Shown: positions 28,026-37,652, counted from the first letter of the stretch. The stretch: 49,247 nucleotides of DNA from Candidatus Woesearchaeota archaeon (GCA_964608525.1 CAZSNJ010000002.1:1-49247), one strand, 5' to 3'. The notes: a model not told the origin generated them from the sequence alone. Program-made: numbers and translations.

Positions 28026-29513
28026 TTATTTTATATCTCCAAACAATTTTCTCTTTAATTTTATTTTTGTCATGTTTTCTATATGGTCTCTTGTTTTTTT
28101 CCCAAATTTCTTTTCTATCATCTCAAGATATCTTGGATTTTTAAAATAAACATCAAAAGCATAATCTCTAAATTCTAAAACATCTTTTGGAGAGAGTTTA
28201 TCTGTTGGAAGAGGAATAAATCCATGAGAATGTTGAGCGTAATCTGCCCATGCTTCTGGAAATTCTACTCCTTTTTTTAAAGAATCTCGATAGAGTTGAG
28301 ACCCTGGCCAAGCAATTGCACAATAGAAATTTATAAACTCACAATTCATCTCAATTGCCAGATTTAATGTTTCTTGCATAGTATCAAAATCATCTTCAGG
28401 CAAACCAAACATAAAATTTCCTAGAACATTAATATTAGCTTCTTTAATTTTATTTCTAACATCAAGCATATCTTTTTTTGTAAATCTTCCTTTTTCAGAT
28501 TCATGTAAAACTGCTTCATTTGCTGCTTCAAAACCAAAACACAGCCATTTAAATCCTGCTTTTCTTAATTTTTTTAAAAGTTCTAAATCTATATTTTTAG
28601 TTACATCAACTCTCGCATATGCCCAAATATTTAAATCATAATTTCTCTCGATAAGCCCTTCTGCAATTGCTAGACATTGTTTTGTATCAAAAAGAAACAT
28701 CTCATCTATAATTTTTATAACTTTAACATTATATTTATTTACGAGCATATCAATTTGTTTTAAAACCCATTCAGGCGTCCAATATCTAATTACTCTCTCT
28801 CCTCCAAAAGTTGCTTTAATTGAACAAAAACTACAATTAAAGGGGCATCCCATACTTGCAGATAAAGACGCATATTTTGGTCTTTGTTCTAAATTATCTA
28901 AACACTGCCAGTTGTGTGCTTTATATTTATCCATAGGCAATAAATCCCATGCAACTTCATCTAATTCAGATGTTAAATTATAAATATTTGAAGCTCTTGA
29001 GGTTGATTTTATTTCCCCATTTTCACGATACCACAAACCAGGAACTTCTTGAAAAGACTTGCCTTCTAATAAAGCTAAAAGTGTGTAAAATCCTTCACCT
29101 TCACATACAAAATCACACACTTCTTCTTTAATTGTTTTTTCTGGAAGAGCAGAAGGATGCAAACCTGTTAGAATTATTTTTCTCTCTGTATTTTTTAATT
29201 TTATTACTTTACAAAGATTTCTAACACTTGTCATTAATTGAGTAGACGCAGAAGGATGTTGTCCATAAACAACAATATTTACAAATAGAGGATTTTTCTT
29301 TTCAACTAAATCAGATGTTTCTTCATAAGTTAAATTTTCTGCATTTGCATCAATAATATCAATATTAAAACTTTTTTTTCTAATAAATCCTGCACTGAGT
29401 GCAGCCCAAAAAGGAGGCTCTATTGCAGAATAATCTTTACTTAAATCCTGATAAACTTTTTTTTTAGATCCACCAACATTAATAAATAACAGATCTAATT
29501 GATTTTCGGTCAT
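28026..29513 (-). CDS. radical SAM enzyme with N-terminal cobalamin-binding-type domain (class B-like)
   Basis: NIVVYGQHPS, ILTGLHPS and CEGEGFYTLLALLEG, then SMGCPFNCSFCS. Confidence 0.85.
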   Translation of the reverse strand: MTENQLDLLFINVGGSKKKVYQDLSKDYSAIEPPFWAALSAGFIRKKSFNIDIIDANAENLTYEETSDLVEKKNPLFVNIVVYGQHPSASTQLMTSVRNLCKVIKLKNTERKIILTGLHPSALPEKTIKEEVCDFVCEGEGFYTLLALLEGKSFQEVPGLWYRENGEIKSTSRASNIYNLTSELDEVAWDLLPMDKYKAHNWQCLDNLEQRPKYASLSASMGCPFNCSFCSIKATFGGERVIRYWTPEWVLKQIDMLVNKYNVKVIKIIDEMFLFDTKQCLAIAEGLIERNYDLNIWAYARVDVTKNIDLELLKKLRKAGFKWLCFGFEAANEAVLHESEKGRFTKKDMLDVRNKIKEANINVLGNFMFGLPEDDFDTMQETLNLAIEMNCEFINFYCAIAWPGSQLYRDSLKKGVEFPEAWADYAQHSHGFIPLPTDKLSPKDVLEFRDYAFDVYFKNPRYLEMIEKKFGKKTRDHIENMTKIKLKRKLFGDIK

Positions 29514-29611
29514 AATAAATCTGTATTATATTTATATTTAAATCTTATGTATTGGAATTAATTATACTTAATAATAGAAAAGATTAAAAACCAAAAAAAA
29601 TTAAGGATGAG

Positions 29612-30451
29612 ATGAAAGATATGAATTTAAAAGATTTACAAAACAAAGCAAATGAATTAAGAAAGATTACTTTGAATATGTGTATAAAAGCTGGAACAGG
29701 TCATGTAACATCTTCTTTTTCTTGTGCAGAAATCTTAACCTCATTATATCATGGAAATATTTTAAATTATAATTTAGAAAATCCTAATTGGGAAGGAAGA
29801 GATAGATTTATTTTAAGCAAGGGGCAGGCAAGTCCTATTTTGTATGCAACACTTGCAGATATTGGATTTTTTCCAAGAGATTGGCTAAGTAGCTTTTGTT
29901 GTGAAGATGCTCGCTTTGGAGTTCACTTGCAAAATGATATTCCTGGAGTAGAATTTACAACAGGTTCTTTAGGACATGGATTAGGATATGGGGCTGGAAT
30001 GGCTTTAGCAGCAAAAGTAGATAGAGAAAATTATCACACGTTTGTATTACTTGGAGATGCTGAATTACAAGAAGGAAGTAATTGGGAGGCTGCAATGTTT
30101 GCAAGCCATCATAAATTAAATAATCTTATTGCAATAGTTGATCGAAATGGTTATGGAGTATTAGCTCCAACAGAAGATGTCGTTTCATTAAATCCTTTAG
30201 ATAAAAAATTTGAAGCATTTGGATGGGATGTTAAAACAATAAATGGCCATTCTATTAAGGAATTATATGATGCAATAGAAAATTTTAGAGCTCATAAAAG
30301 AGATAAACCTTTAATGATTATCGCTGAAACAGTTAAAGGAAAAGGATTAAAGTCATGGGAAAATGTTGCATTAACTCATGGAATGGCACCTCAAGGAGAA
30401 GAAGCAAATAAATTAGTAAATGAATTAGAAGAATATTCTTTTAAAATATAA
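29612..30451 (+). CDS. transketolase, N-terminal (ThDP/PP-binding) subunit
   Basis: GHVTSSFSCAEIL, GSLGHGLGYGAGMALA, LLGDAELQEGSNWEA...VDRNG. Confidence 0.85.
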   Translation: MKDMNLKDLQNKANELRKITLNMCIKAGTGHVTSSFSCAEILTSLYHGNILNYNLENPNWEGRDRFILSKGQASPILYATLADIGFFPRDWLSSFCCEDARFGVHLQNDIPGVEFTTGSLGHGLGYGAGMALAAKVDRENYHTFVLLGDAELQEGSNWEAAMFASHHKLNNLIAIVDRNGYGVLAPTEDVVSLNPLDKKFEAFGWDVKTINGHSIKELYDAIENFRAHKRDKPLMIIAETVKGKGLKSWENVALTHGMAPQGEEANKLVNELEEYSFKI

Positions 30452-30453
30452 AA

Positions 30454-31380
30454 ATGAACACTAAAATTTCAATGAGAGATTCGTTTTGGAATAGAATTTA
30501 TGATCTTGCAAAAAAAGATAAAAATATTATGCTTGTTGATGGAGATATGGGCGCTCCTTCTCTTGATAAATTTAGAAAAGACCTAAATGGACAATATTTT
30601 AGTGTTGGAATTGCAGAACACAATATGATTGCAATTGCTTCAGGTTTAGCAAAAGAAGGAAAAAAGGTTTTTACATATGCTATTGCTCCATTTATTACAT
30701 CAAGATGTCATGAGTTTACAAAATTAAATTGTGGACTTATGAAAATTCCAATAAAGCTTGTTGGAGTTGGGGCAGGATTTAGTTATGATGATTCTGGACC
30801 CACGCATCACACAACAGAAGATATAACAATAATGAGAGCTATTCCAAATTTGGAAATTTATTCTCCATCAGATAGTTCTATGGCTTCAGAACTTGCAGAA
30901 AATATATGTAAATCAGATAAACCGGTTTATATACGATTAGATAGAGAAATTCATCCTAATCTTTCTCAAGAAGGAGAAAATTTTGAAAAGGGATTTAGAG
31001 AACTTAAAGAAGGAGAAAATGTAGCAATCATTGCAACAGGAAACCTTGTACATAAAGCATTAGAAGTTCATGATTATCTTATTAATAAAGGAATAAAAGT
31101 TGGAGTCATAGATTTATACAAACTAAAACCCTTGCCTCAAGAATTGAATATGACTTTAGCTAAATATAAAAAAATTATTTCTATAGAAGAACATATTCTT
31201 GATGGCGGTTTTGGAAGTATTATTGCAGAAACGATTGTTGATAATGATTTAGATGTTAAATTAAAAAGAATTGGTTTAAAGTCATATATCTATGCATATG
31301 GAGGACGAGAAAATATAAGAAAATCATGCGGAATAGATATAGATTCTATTATTAAAAAAGTAAGTGAATTTATTAATTAA
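30454..31380 (+). CDS. transketolase, C-terminal (pyrimidine-binding) subunit
   Basis: FSVGIAEHNMIAIASGLA, GPTHHTTEDITIMRAIPN. Starts 2 nt after the N-subunit stop. Confidence 0.85.
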   Translation: MNTKISMRDSFWNRIYDLAKKDKNIMLVDGDMGAPSLDKFRKDLNGQYFSVGIAEHNMIAIASGLAKEGKKVFTYAIAPFITSRCHEFTKLNCGLMKIPIKLVGVGAGFSYDDSGPTHHTTEDITIMRAIPNLEIYSPSDSSMASELAENICKSDKPVYIRLDREIHPNLSQEGENFEKGFRELKEGENVAIIATGNLVHKALEVHDYLINKGIKVGVIDLYKLKPLPQELNMTLAKYKKIISIEEHILDGGFGSIIAETIVDNDLDVKLKRIGLKSYIYAYGGRENIRKSCGIDIDSIIKKVSEFIN

Positions 31381-33007
31381 AAAAATTCAATGCTTCCCAA
31401 CTTTCTTTATCAAGAGCTCTTTCAAATAAATATTTAAAAATAAATTTTTTCCCTGGATAGGATAATAAAAATAATTTAAACATATATGGATCCAATATCT
31501 TTTTTTGTCTAACAAGAGAAAATAATTTATCAAAAAAAGGTGTATTAAAAACATTTTTCATATCTTTATAAGGAATTTTTCCCACACTTTGTATTTTAAC
31601 TAAGGGGATAGAGATAAATACTGTATTTTTATCATTTAATAAATTACAAACTTCTCCATGGAATAACTTTTGAAATGATTTTAAATTATTCAAAAAATAA
31701 TTTTTTCTTACCATTAATTGATTTATATTCAATATTTTGTAAAAATCCTCTTTTTTTAAGGTATTAAATGATTTTTTTGATAAGTTTACTAAATAATCTC
31801 CTAAAGATTCAGAATAAACAAGATAATCACAGCAACTTATATCTTTTTTAGAAATTTTTAAAGAATAAGATTGAAAATAATTCTTATGAGTGGATTTTTT
31901 ATTAGATGCTTTAGAAAAATCCACATAATCTGCATTTTTTAATTTTTCTTTTAATTTATTAATTGGCAAACTTATTTCGTTTTCAGATAGAGTAATTATT
32001 TTTTCACTAACTTCTGGAGGATTATAATGTTTAATTTTGTCTTTTTCTATTTTGTTAAAATAGTTTGTGAATAATTTTTCCCAAGAACGATTTTTTACAA
32101 TATGATTGTAACCTTCTTTTGCAAGATTTTTTCTTTCTTTTTCATGTTTAAGATAATATTTGATTTTTTTAAGGAGTTCTTCTTCGCTTCTAAAATTCAT
32201 CTCCTTATTGTCTGCAAGAAAATCTATAGTTTTACTTGTATATTCGGTTAATAAAAATGAATTACATGCAAGTATTTCTATTGGACGTCCTTTCATTTGC
32301 CCTAATTTTCCTTGTTTAAAAAAGGTTTTTGAAAAATTAAGATTTATTTTAGATTGATTAATCACTTTTATAAAATCATCCGGATACAAAAAACCTCCAT
32401 AAATCTCTTTTAAATCAGCATATTTATGCCATCCTCCTCCAAATAATCTAATATTTACTCCTTTTTTCATTAAAAATTTTATATAATCATATCTATCAGC
32501 TAAAGGTGCCCCTATGAAAGTTACATCATAAATTTCCTTAAGGTTAAGAGGCCTATGATAGCCAGGATTTACTCCAATCATAAAATCTACTTTTCTTATT
32601 CCATCGTCTTTAAATATTGAAATCTCTTTTTTAGTTGTTAAAATATAATCAAAAAATAATGCATAATATCTTGTCCAATCATCAAACCTGAATTCATCAT
32701 CTCCTGTCCACATCATTGTTTTTGTATCCGGAGTAATTTCTTTTATTTTTAATAAAGTATCTATTTCAAATTCATTAAGAACAGGACAAATTAATAGATA
32801 ATCTGGTTTTTCTTTTTTAAGAAGATCTAAAAAATTTTTATTTAATGCTTCTTTACCAAAATAATAAAATTCATTTTTTGTGCTAAAAAGTATAACTTTT
32901 TTGAATATTTTTTTAAACACCGGCGGCCAATCTCTGTATTCCTGACTAGTTTTAACCTTACAACCCCAGCTTGCAAGCAATATTTTTTTACTCTTCAAGG
33001 ATTTCAT
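31373..33007 (-). CDS. CgeB-like / GT-B glycosyltransferase-like protein
   Basis: 544 aa. The central region LNFSKTF...MKGRPIEILACNSFLLTEYT...FRSEEELLKKIKYYLKHEKERKNLAKEGYNHIVKNRSW resembles CgeB/DUF3880-type glycosyltransferase-like proteins (from memory). Confidence 0.5.
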   Translation of the reverse strand: MKSLKSKKILLASWGCKVKTSQEYRDWPPVFKKIFKKVILFSTKNEFYYFGKEALNKNFLDLLKKEKPDYLLICPVLNEFEIDTLLKIKEITPDTKTMMWTGDDEFRFDDWTRYYALFFDYILTTKKEISIFKDDGIRKVDFMIGVNPGYHRPLNLKEIYDVTFIGAPLADRYDYIKFLMKKGVNIRLFGGGWHKYADLKEIYGGFLYPDDFIKVINQSKINLNFSKTFFKQGKLGQMKGRPIEILACNSFLLTEYTSKTIDFLADNKEMNFRSEEELLKKIKYYLKHEKERKNLAKEGYNHIVKNRSWEKLFTNYFNKIEKDKIKHYNPPEVSEKIITLSENEISLPINKLKEKLKNADYVDFSKASNKKSTHKNYFQSYSLKISKKDISCCDYLVYSESLGDYLVNLSKKSFNTLKKEDFYKILNINQLMVRKNYFLNNLKSFQKLFHGEVCNLLNDKNTVFISIPLVKIQSVGKIPYKDMKNVFNTPFFDKLFSLVRQKKILDPYMFKLFLLSYPGKKFIFKYLFERALDKESWEALNFFN

Positions 33008-33052
33008 AAAAAACTAGAAAGATTAAACTTTATAAATTTAATCTATCCTAAA

Positions 33053-34474
33053 TCAAGTTTTATCAGAAATATATCTTTTGAATATTCTTAAGAAATTATT
33101 TGGATTTATTTTATTAATTAATTTTCTTTTTATAAAACCAGAAAAATCTCCATCATCTGCATAGAAATTAGTTATAAAACCTGTTTTAAAAGACCACCAC
33201 CATAATCTCCATTTAGGATGTTCAGCAGTATAAAGTGGACAAAGTCCTTCACTTAACCAATAATTATCTGTCATCAATCCTTTTTCTTTTGCTAATCTAT
33301 ATACTTCTGTTCCAGGAAAAACAATTAAAATAGCTGGTTCTGTTGGTACTCTTAATTTTTTAGCTAAAATTGCTGTTTCCATTGCACTTTTTGAATTTTC
33401 TCCAGGAAGCCCAACAATTGATAAAAAAGCAGTTTTAATGTTATATTTTTTACAAACCTTAAAGGCATTGATTATCTGAGAAACTTTTACTTTTTTTCCA
33501 ATATTATCTAAAATACGCTGTGAACCACTTTCTACACCAAAGATTATTTCCATACATCCGGCTTTTTTCATCCAACTTACAAGTTCATCATTTAATGATG
33601 AAACTCTGCCCAAGCATTTCCATTTTATCTTTAATTTATCTTTTAAAATCATTTTACATAAATCAATAATTCTTTTATTATTACAAATAAATTCATCATC
33701 TGTAAAAGCAATATAATTGATATAAGGATATTTTTTTACCAAATATTTCATTTCTTTTAAAACATTTTTTGCACTTCTTTGAATCATAAATCTCCCCCAA
33801 TGAACAGAACTAGGACAAAAAGCACAGTTAAAAGGACATCCTCTTGAAGACATTATTTGAGCAAACTTATATTTTTTTATTATTCTATCAAAAAATTCAT
33901 GTTTTGGAAAAGGTAAAGAATCTAAATTTCTAATTCTTTCCCGAGGAGGTGTTTTAAGAATCTTCCCATTATATTTAAATGCAATTCCATTTATTTTTTT
34001 AAAGACAGAGATTTGTTTTTTTTGTTTTATTGCATTTAATAATTCAATAAATGTTATTTCTCCTTCCCCAATAACAGTATAATCTATTGGATAATTGTTA
34101 AGGACTTGGTCATATAGGCAAGTAGTATGAACTCCTCCAGCAATAATTGTTGTATTTGGACTTACTTCTTTAACCATTTTGGTTAATTTTAATGCAGAAA
34201 TACGACTATTAGATAAAATACTTATTCCAAAAACATCTGGTTTTTCACTCTTAATTTTTTCTCTTGCATTTTCCATAATATTCTCCCACTTAGAATAAGT
34301 TAAATTCAATATGCTAACCTTATGCTTATTTTTTTCTAGAACTGCTCCTAGATAAGCCAAACCAACAGGATAAAGATCTTCATCTTCGTTTTCCCACATA
34401 TCCCATGGAGCAATAGCAAGCATAATTTTCATGAAAATTTCAAGATTATTGGTTTTATAAAGATAATCATTCAA
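33053..34474 (-). CDS. radical SAM enzyme with N-terminal cobalamin-binding-type domain (class B-like)
   Basis: VFGISILSN, IIAGGVHTT and IGEGEITFIELLNAI, then SSRGCPFNCAFCPS. Alternative start at 34432 (MKIMLAIAPW). Confidence 0.85.
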   Translation of the reverse strand: MNDYLYKTNNLEIFMKIMLAIAPWDMWENEDEDLYPVGLAYLGAVLEKNKHKVSILNLTYSKWENIMENAREKIKSEKPDVFGISILSNSRISALKLTKMVKEVSPNTTIIAGGVHTTCLYDQVLNNYPIDYTVIGEGEITFIELLNAIKQKKQISVFKKINGIAFKYNGKILKTPPRERIRNLDSLPFPKHEFFDRIIKKYKFAQIMSSRGCPFNCAFCPSSVHWGRFMIQRSAKNVLKEMKYLVKKYPYINYIAFTDDEFICNNKRIIDLCKMILKDKLKIKWKCLGRVSSLNDELVSWMKKAGCMEIIFGVESGSQRILDNIGKKVKVSQIINAFKVCKKYNIKTAFLSIVGLPGENSKSAMETAILAKKLRVPTEPAILIVFPGTEVYRLAKEKGLMTDNYWLSEGLCPLYTAEHPKWRLWWWSFKTGFITNFYADDGDFSGFIKRKLINKINPNNFLRIFKRYISDKT

Positions 34475-36003
34475 TCAAATATTTTCCTTTTAATTGTATT
34501 TAAAATCATTATATCATTCTCATCTAAACTCTTTGTTAAAAAAATTAAAAATAAATAAAATAAAATAAATAAAGATCCTTGAAAAAATAAGGTCAATAAA
34601 TTAGCTGTTATAAATTGCTTAAGATAAATTAATAAAATTGTTGGAGGAATTATTGAAATGAAAATTCTTGCCATTTTTCGCCTTAAAGGGATTATTGAAA
34701 CATAGTGTTTTGTTTGAAAAAAGAAAATAAAAGTTAATATTATTTGACTAATCATTGTTGCAAATGCTGCTCCTGAAATCCCATAAATTGGAACAAGGAA
34801 AATATTTAATATTAAATTTAAGAATGATGCAATAATTATATTTGTTAAAATTATTTTAGATTTTCCAGTCATTGAAATTAAATTATGGGAAATTATTGAA
34901 ATTGATGAAAAAAGATAAGCTGTTGCTAAGAATCTTAGTGAATTTTCTGCACCTAAATATTCTTGGCCAAATAAAATATTAATAAATACTCCTGGAAAAA
35001 GAATCATCAATAAAAAGAAAGGTAAATTGACAATTAATATCCATTTAACAATTTGTTTACTTAATTCACTAACAAGTCCTATGTTTTTTCTTGAAAATTC
35101 TTTATTTATTAATGGAGAAAAAAGCCTTATGAATAAACTTGGGAAAAATACTATTAACCATGCAATAGGGATTGCTGCATTATAAATTCCAACATCAAAT
35201 GTTCCATTAAAATATCCAATTATAAATGAATCTATATTTGGCATTATCTCACTTAAAATTCCGAGTAAAATTAAAGGCCAAGAATAGGTAAAAAGTTCCT
35301 TTCTTATTTTTTTCTTAGAAGATTTACTTAATTTAATTTTTTTGAAAATCTCTGAAAGTTTATATTTGCAATAAATAAATGACGCTAAAAAAACTCCTAA
35401 AACGCCTAAAAAGTATGAAAAAATTATCGCATTAGTATTTAATCCTATAAAAATTAACAAAATAAGGAAAATTACTTTAAGAAAATTTTGAAAAAAATCC
35501 ACAATGAATGAATGGGCGCCAATTCTTTCAAATGATTGAATTACTGTTAAAAGAGCGTATGAAATAATATAAAGGGGAATTAATAGACTAAAAATTTTAA
35601 GAAAAAATATTAAACTAACATCATTAAATATATTAATTGAAATAAATTCTGCTGAAAAAAATAATATTAATCCTGCAAAAATACTTGAAAAAAATAATAC
35701 TATTAATGAAAATTTAAACACATACCGAATATTATTAATTTTCTTTTTTCCATTATAAAATGGAATAAATCTAAGAAGGCCTTCAAATAATCCCAGTGAT
35801 GAAAAAACAACAAACCATAAAAATATTATTACTGCTAAAGAAAAAGACCCATAAATTTCTGGTCCAAAATATCTTGCAATAATTACTCTATAAATGTAAG
35901 AAAATATTTTTGATAAAAATATTCCAAAAAATACAAATAAGGAAGATTTTACAAGTAATTTGAAATACCTATTTAATTCTTCTTGATTTACTGGTTTTTG
36001 CAT
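34471..36003 (-). CDS. MOP-superfamily polysaccharide/oligosaccharide flippase (Wzx-like)
   Basis: 510 aa with about 14 hydrophobic segments. The N-terminal LVKSSLFVFFGIFLSKIFSYIYRVIIARYFGPEIYG is typical of polysaccharide biosynthesis (PST) transporters. Confidence 0.8.
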   Translation of the reverse strand: MQKPVNQEELNRYFKLLVKSSLFVFFGIFLSKIFSYIYRVIIARYFGPEIYGSFSLAVIIFLWFVVFSSLGLFEGLLRFIPFYNGKKKINNIRYVFKFSLIVLFFSSIFAGLILFFSAEFISINIFNDVSLIFFLKIFSLLIPLYIISYALLTVIQSFERIGAHSFIVDFFQNFLKVIFLILLIFIGLNTNAIIFSYFLGVLGVFLASFIYCKYKLSEIFKKIKLSKSSKKKIRKELFTYSWPLILLGILSEIMPNIDSFIIGYFNGTFDVGIYNAAIPIAWLIVFFPSLFIRLFSPLINKEFSRKNIGLVSELSKQIVKWILIVNLPFFLLMILFPGVFINILFGQEYLGAENSLRFLATAYLFSSISIISHNLISMTGKSKIILTNIIIASFLNLILNIFLVPIYGISGAAFATMISQIILTFIFFFQTKHYVSIIPLRRKMARIFISIIPPTILLIYLKQFITANLLTLFFQGSLFILFYLFLIFLTKSLDENDIMILNTIKRKIFD

Positions 36004-36041
36004 TATTCAAATAATTAAGTATTGTTTAAATATTTTTAAAA

Positions 36042-37652
36042 TTATATTCTTTTTTTCAAAAGATTATCTTTTATAGATAAATAATTTTTTCTAAAAAAAT
36101 CTAATTCATTATAATAATCAACCCCTATTTTGTATAATCGACTAACGACAAAAAAACGCATATGACATTTTCTACAAGAAACATGCATAGCATAATGAAA
36201 TTTGTTTTCTATAAGGCAATTTTTGTAATTAATATTCTCTTTACAATAAGGACATTTAACTAATAAATTATATTTATTTTTACTCTCTTTTTTGATTTTT
36301 AATGGAAGTATGTAAAAAGAATATTTTCTTCTTGCATTAATTATTTCTTCTTTTAATTCTTCTATTTCCTCATCAGTCATATTGTCAGTCATATTTAACC
36401 AATTAGTGTGACTAATTTTATTTTTTATAAAGAATAATTTATCTTTTATTATTCCTTTTTTGATACAACGATTATAAATTTCGCTTCCAGGATAAGGCTG
36501 AATAAAACCTAATTTAATTTGGCCTCTTGAATACTTCTTCCAATAATCAAGAGTTTCTTTTGCTGTTTCTTTTGTTTCTGCAGAATCTCCAAAAATAAAA
36601 TTTCCTTGCACGCTTAACCCCCTTTCCATTGAAAGTTTAAGTGCCTCATTAATTTGGCTTGATGTTATTGGCTTTTTCATGCTTTTAAGTACTGTTTGAC
36701 TATAACTTTCAAATCCGAAACTTATTGCATGGCATCCTGAATCTTTAAGTATAGTTAACATTTCTTTATCTACTGTATTTACTGACAACTGACATTCCCA
36801 TTTACATTCCCATGGTGTTTCATTTACTAATTTTTTAAGATGTTTGCAAAATTCATATAATCTTTTTTTGTCAATTGAAAACATATCATCAATAATTTCA
36901 ATTATATTAATTTTATATTTTTTAACTGCTATTTTTAATTCATCCATGACATTTTTAATTGATCTCATCCTATATTTTCGTCCGAGAGTATGATAACAAA
37001 AAGTACATTGAAATGGGCAACCCCTACTACTTAGTATTGGATAAGTTCTAGGAAAATTGAATAAATTATAGATATTAGAGTTATTACATTCATTATCTAG
37101 TTTTTTTTCAAATTCTAAACCTTCAAAATCAGGTGCAGGTAATGAATCTATATTTTTTATTGGCTCTCTTTGTTTTGTAAAAATAGTTTTTCCATTTTCA
37201 TCCTTATAGATTATTCCATTGACATTTTTCAAATCCTTATTTTTAACAATTGCCTTTAGTAATTCTATAATTGTTATTTCACCTTCACCTAAAATTGCAA
37301 AATCAGGTTTTAAATTTTCAAAAACCAATTTTGGTTCACTAGTAATCAAAGGTCCTCCAAAAATAACTTTTGGTTGAGAATTATGATTCTTTACAGTATT
37401 AATTATCTTTTCAACAATTGCATATCCAATTCCAATATGGCCGGTGCATACAAAATCATATTTTTTATGATTTAACTTTTTTGTAATTAAATCTTCTATT
37501 TTCCCATTAAAATGATTTAAATTTAAGCAATCTACATTATATTTTTCTTTTTTTAAAACAGATGAAATATACCCTAATCCTAGTGGAAAAACATACTGAT
37601 AATCTGCCTTATTAGTTAAATTATATCTAGGAATTATTAGTAAAATTTGCAT
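36042..37652 (-). CDS. radical SAM enzyme with cobalamin-binding-type N-domain and C-terminal Cys4 ribbon
   Basis: FVCTGHIG, VIFGGPLIT and LGEGEITIIELLKAI, then SSRGCPFQCTFCYH. Extra C-terminal CPYC-x22-CRKC (nt 36165-36254). Confidence 0.85.
   Translation of the reverse strand: MQILLIIPRYNLTNKADYQYVFPLGLGYISSVLKKEKYNVDCLNLNHFNGKIEDLITKKLNHKKYDFVCTGHIGIGYAIVEKIINTVKNHNSQPKVIFGGPLITSEPKLVFENLKPDFAILGEGEITIIELLKAIVKNKDLKNVNGIIYKDENGKTIFTKQREPIKNIDSLPAPDFEGLEFEKKLDNECNNSNIYNLFNFPRTYPILSSRGCPFQCTFCYHTLGRKYRMRSIKNVMDELKIAVKKYKINIIEIIDDMFSIDKKRLYEFCKHLKKLVNETPWECKWECQLSVNTVDKEMLTILKDSGCHAISFGFESYSQTVLKSMKKPITSSQINEALKLSMERGLSVQGNFIFGDSAETKETAKETLDYWKKYSRGQIKLGFIQPYPGSEIYNRCIKKGIIKDKLFFIKNKISHTNWLNMTDNMTDEEIEELKEEIINARRKYSFYILPLKIKKESKNKYNLLVKCPYCKENINYKNCLIENKFHYAMHVSCRKCHMRFFVVSRLYKIGVDYYNELDFFRKNYLSIKDNLLKKRI

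Noticed and set aside
2832-37652. The island as a RiPP (peptide) cluster, since B12-type and SPASM radical SAMs also mature peptides.
   Set aside because: There is no plausible precursor peptide, leader-peptide protease or RiPP recognition element. The context is nucleotide-sugar and glycan genes (nucleotidyltransferase, DegT, SDR, five GT-like genes, Wzx flippase). This cannot be fully excluded without profile searches.
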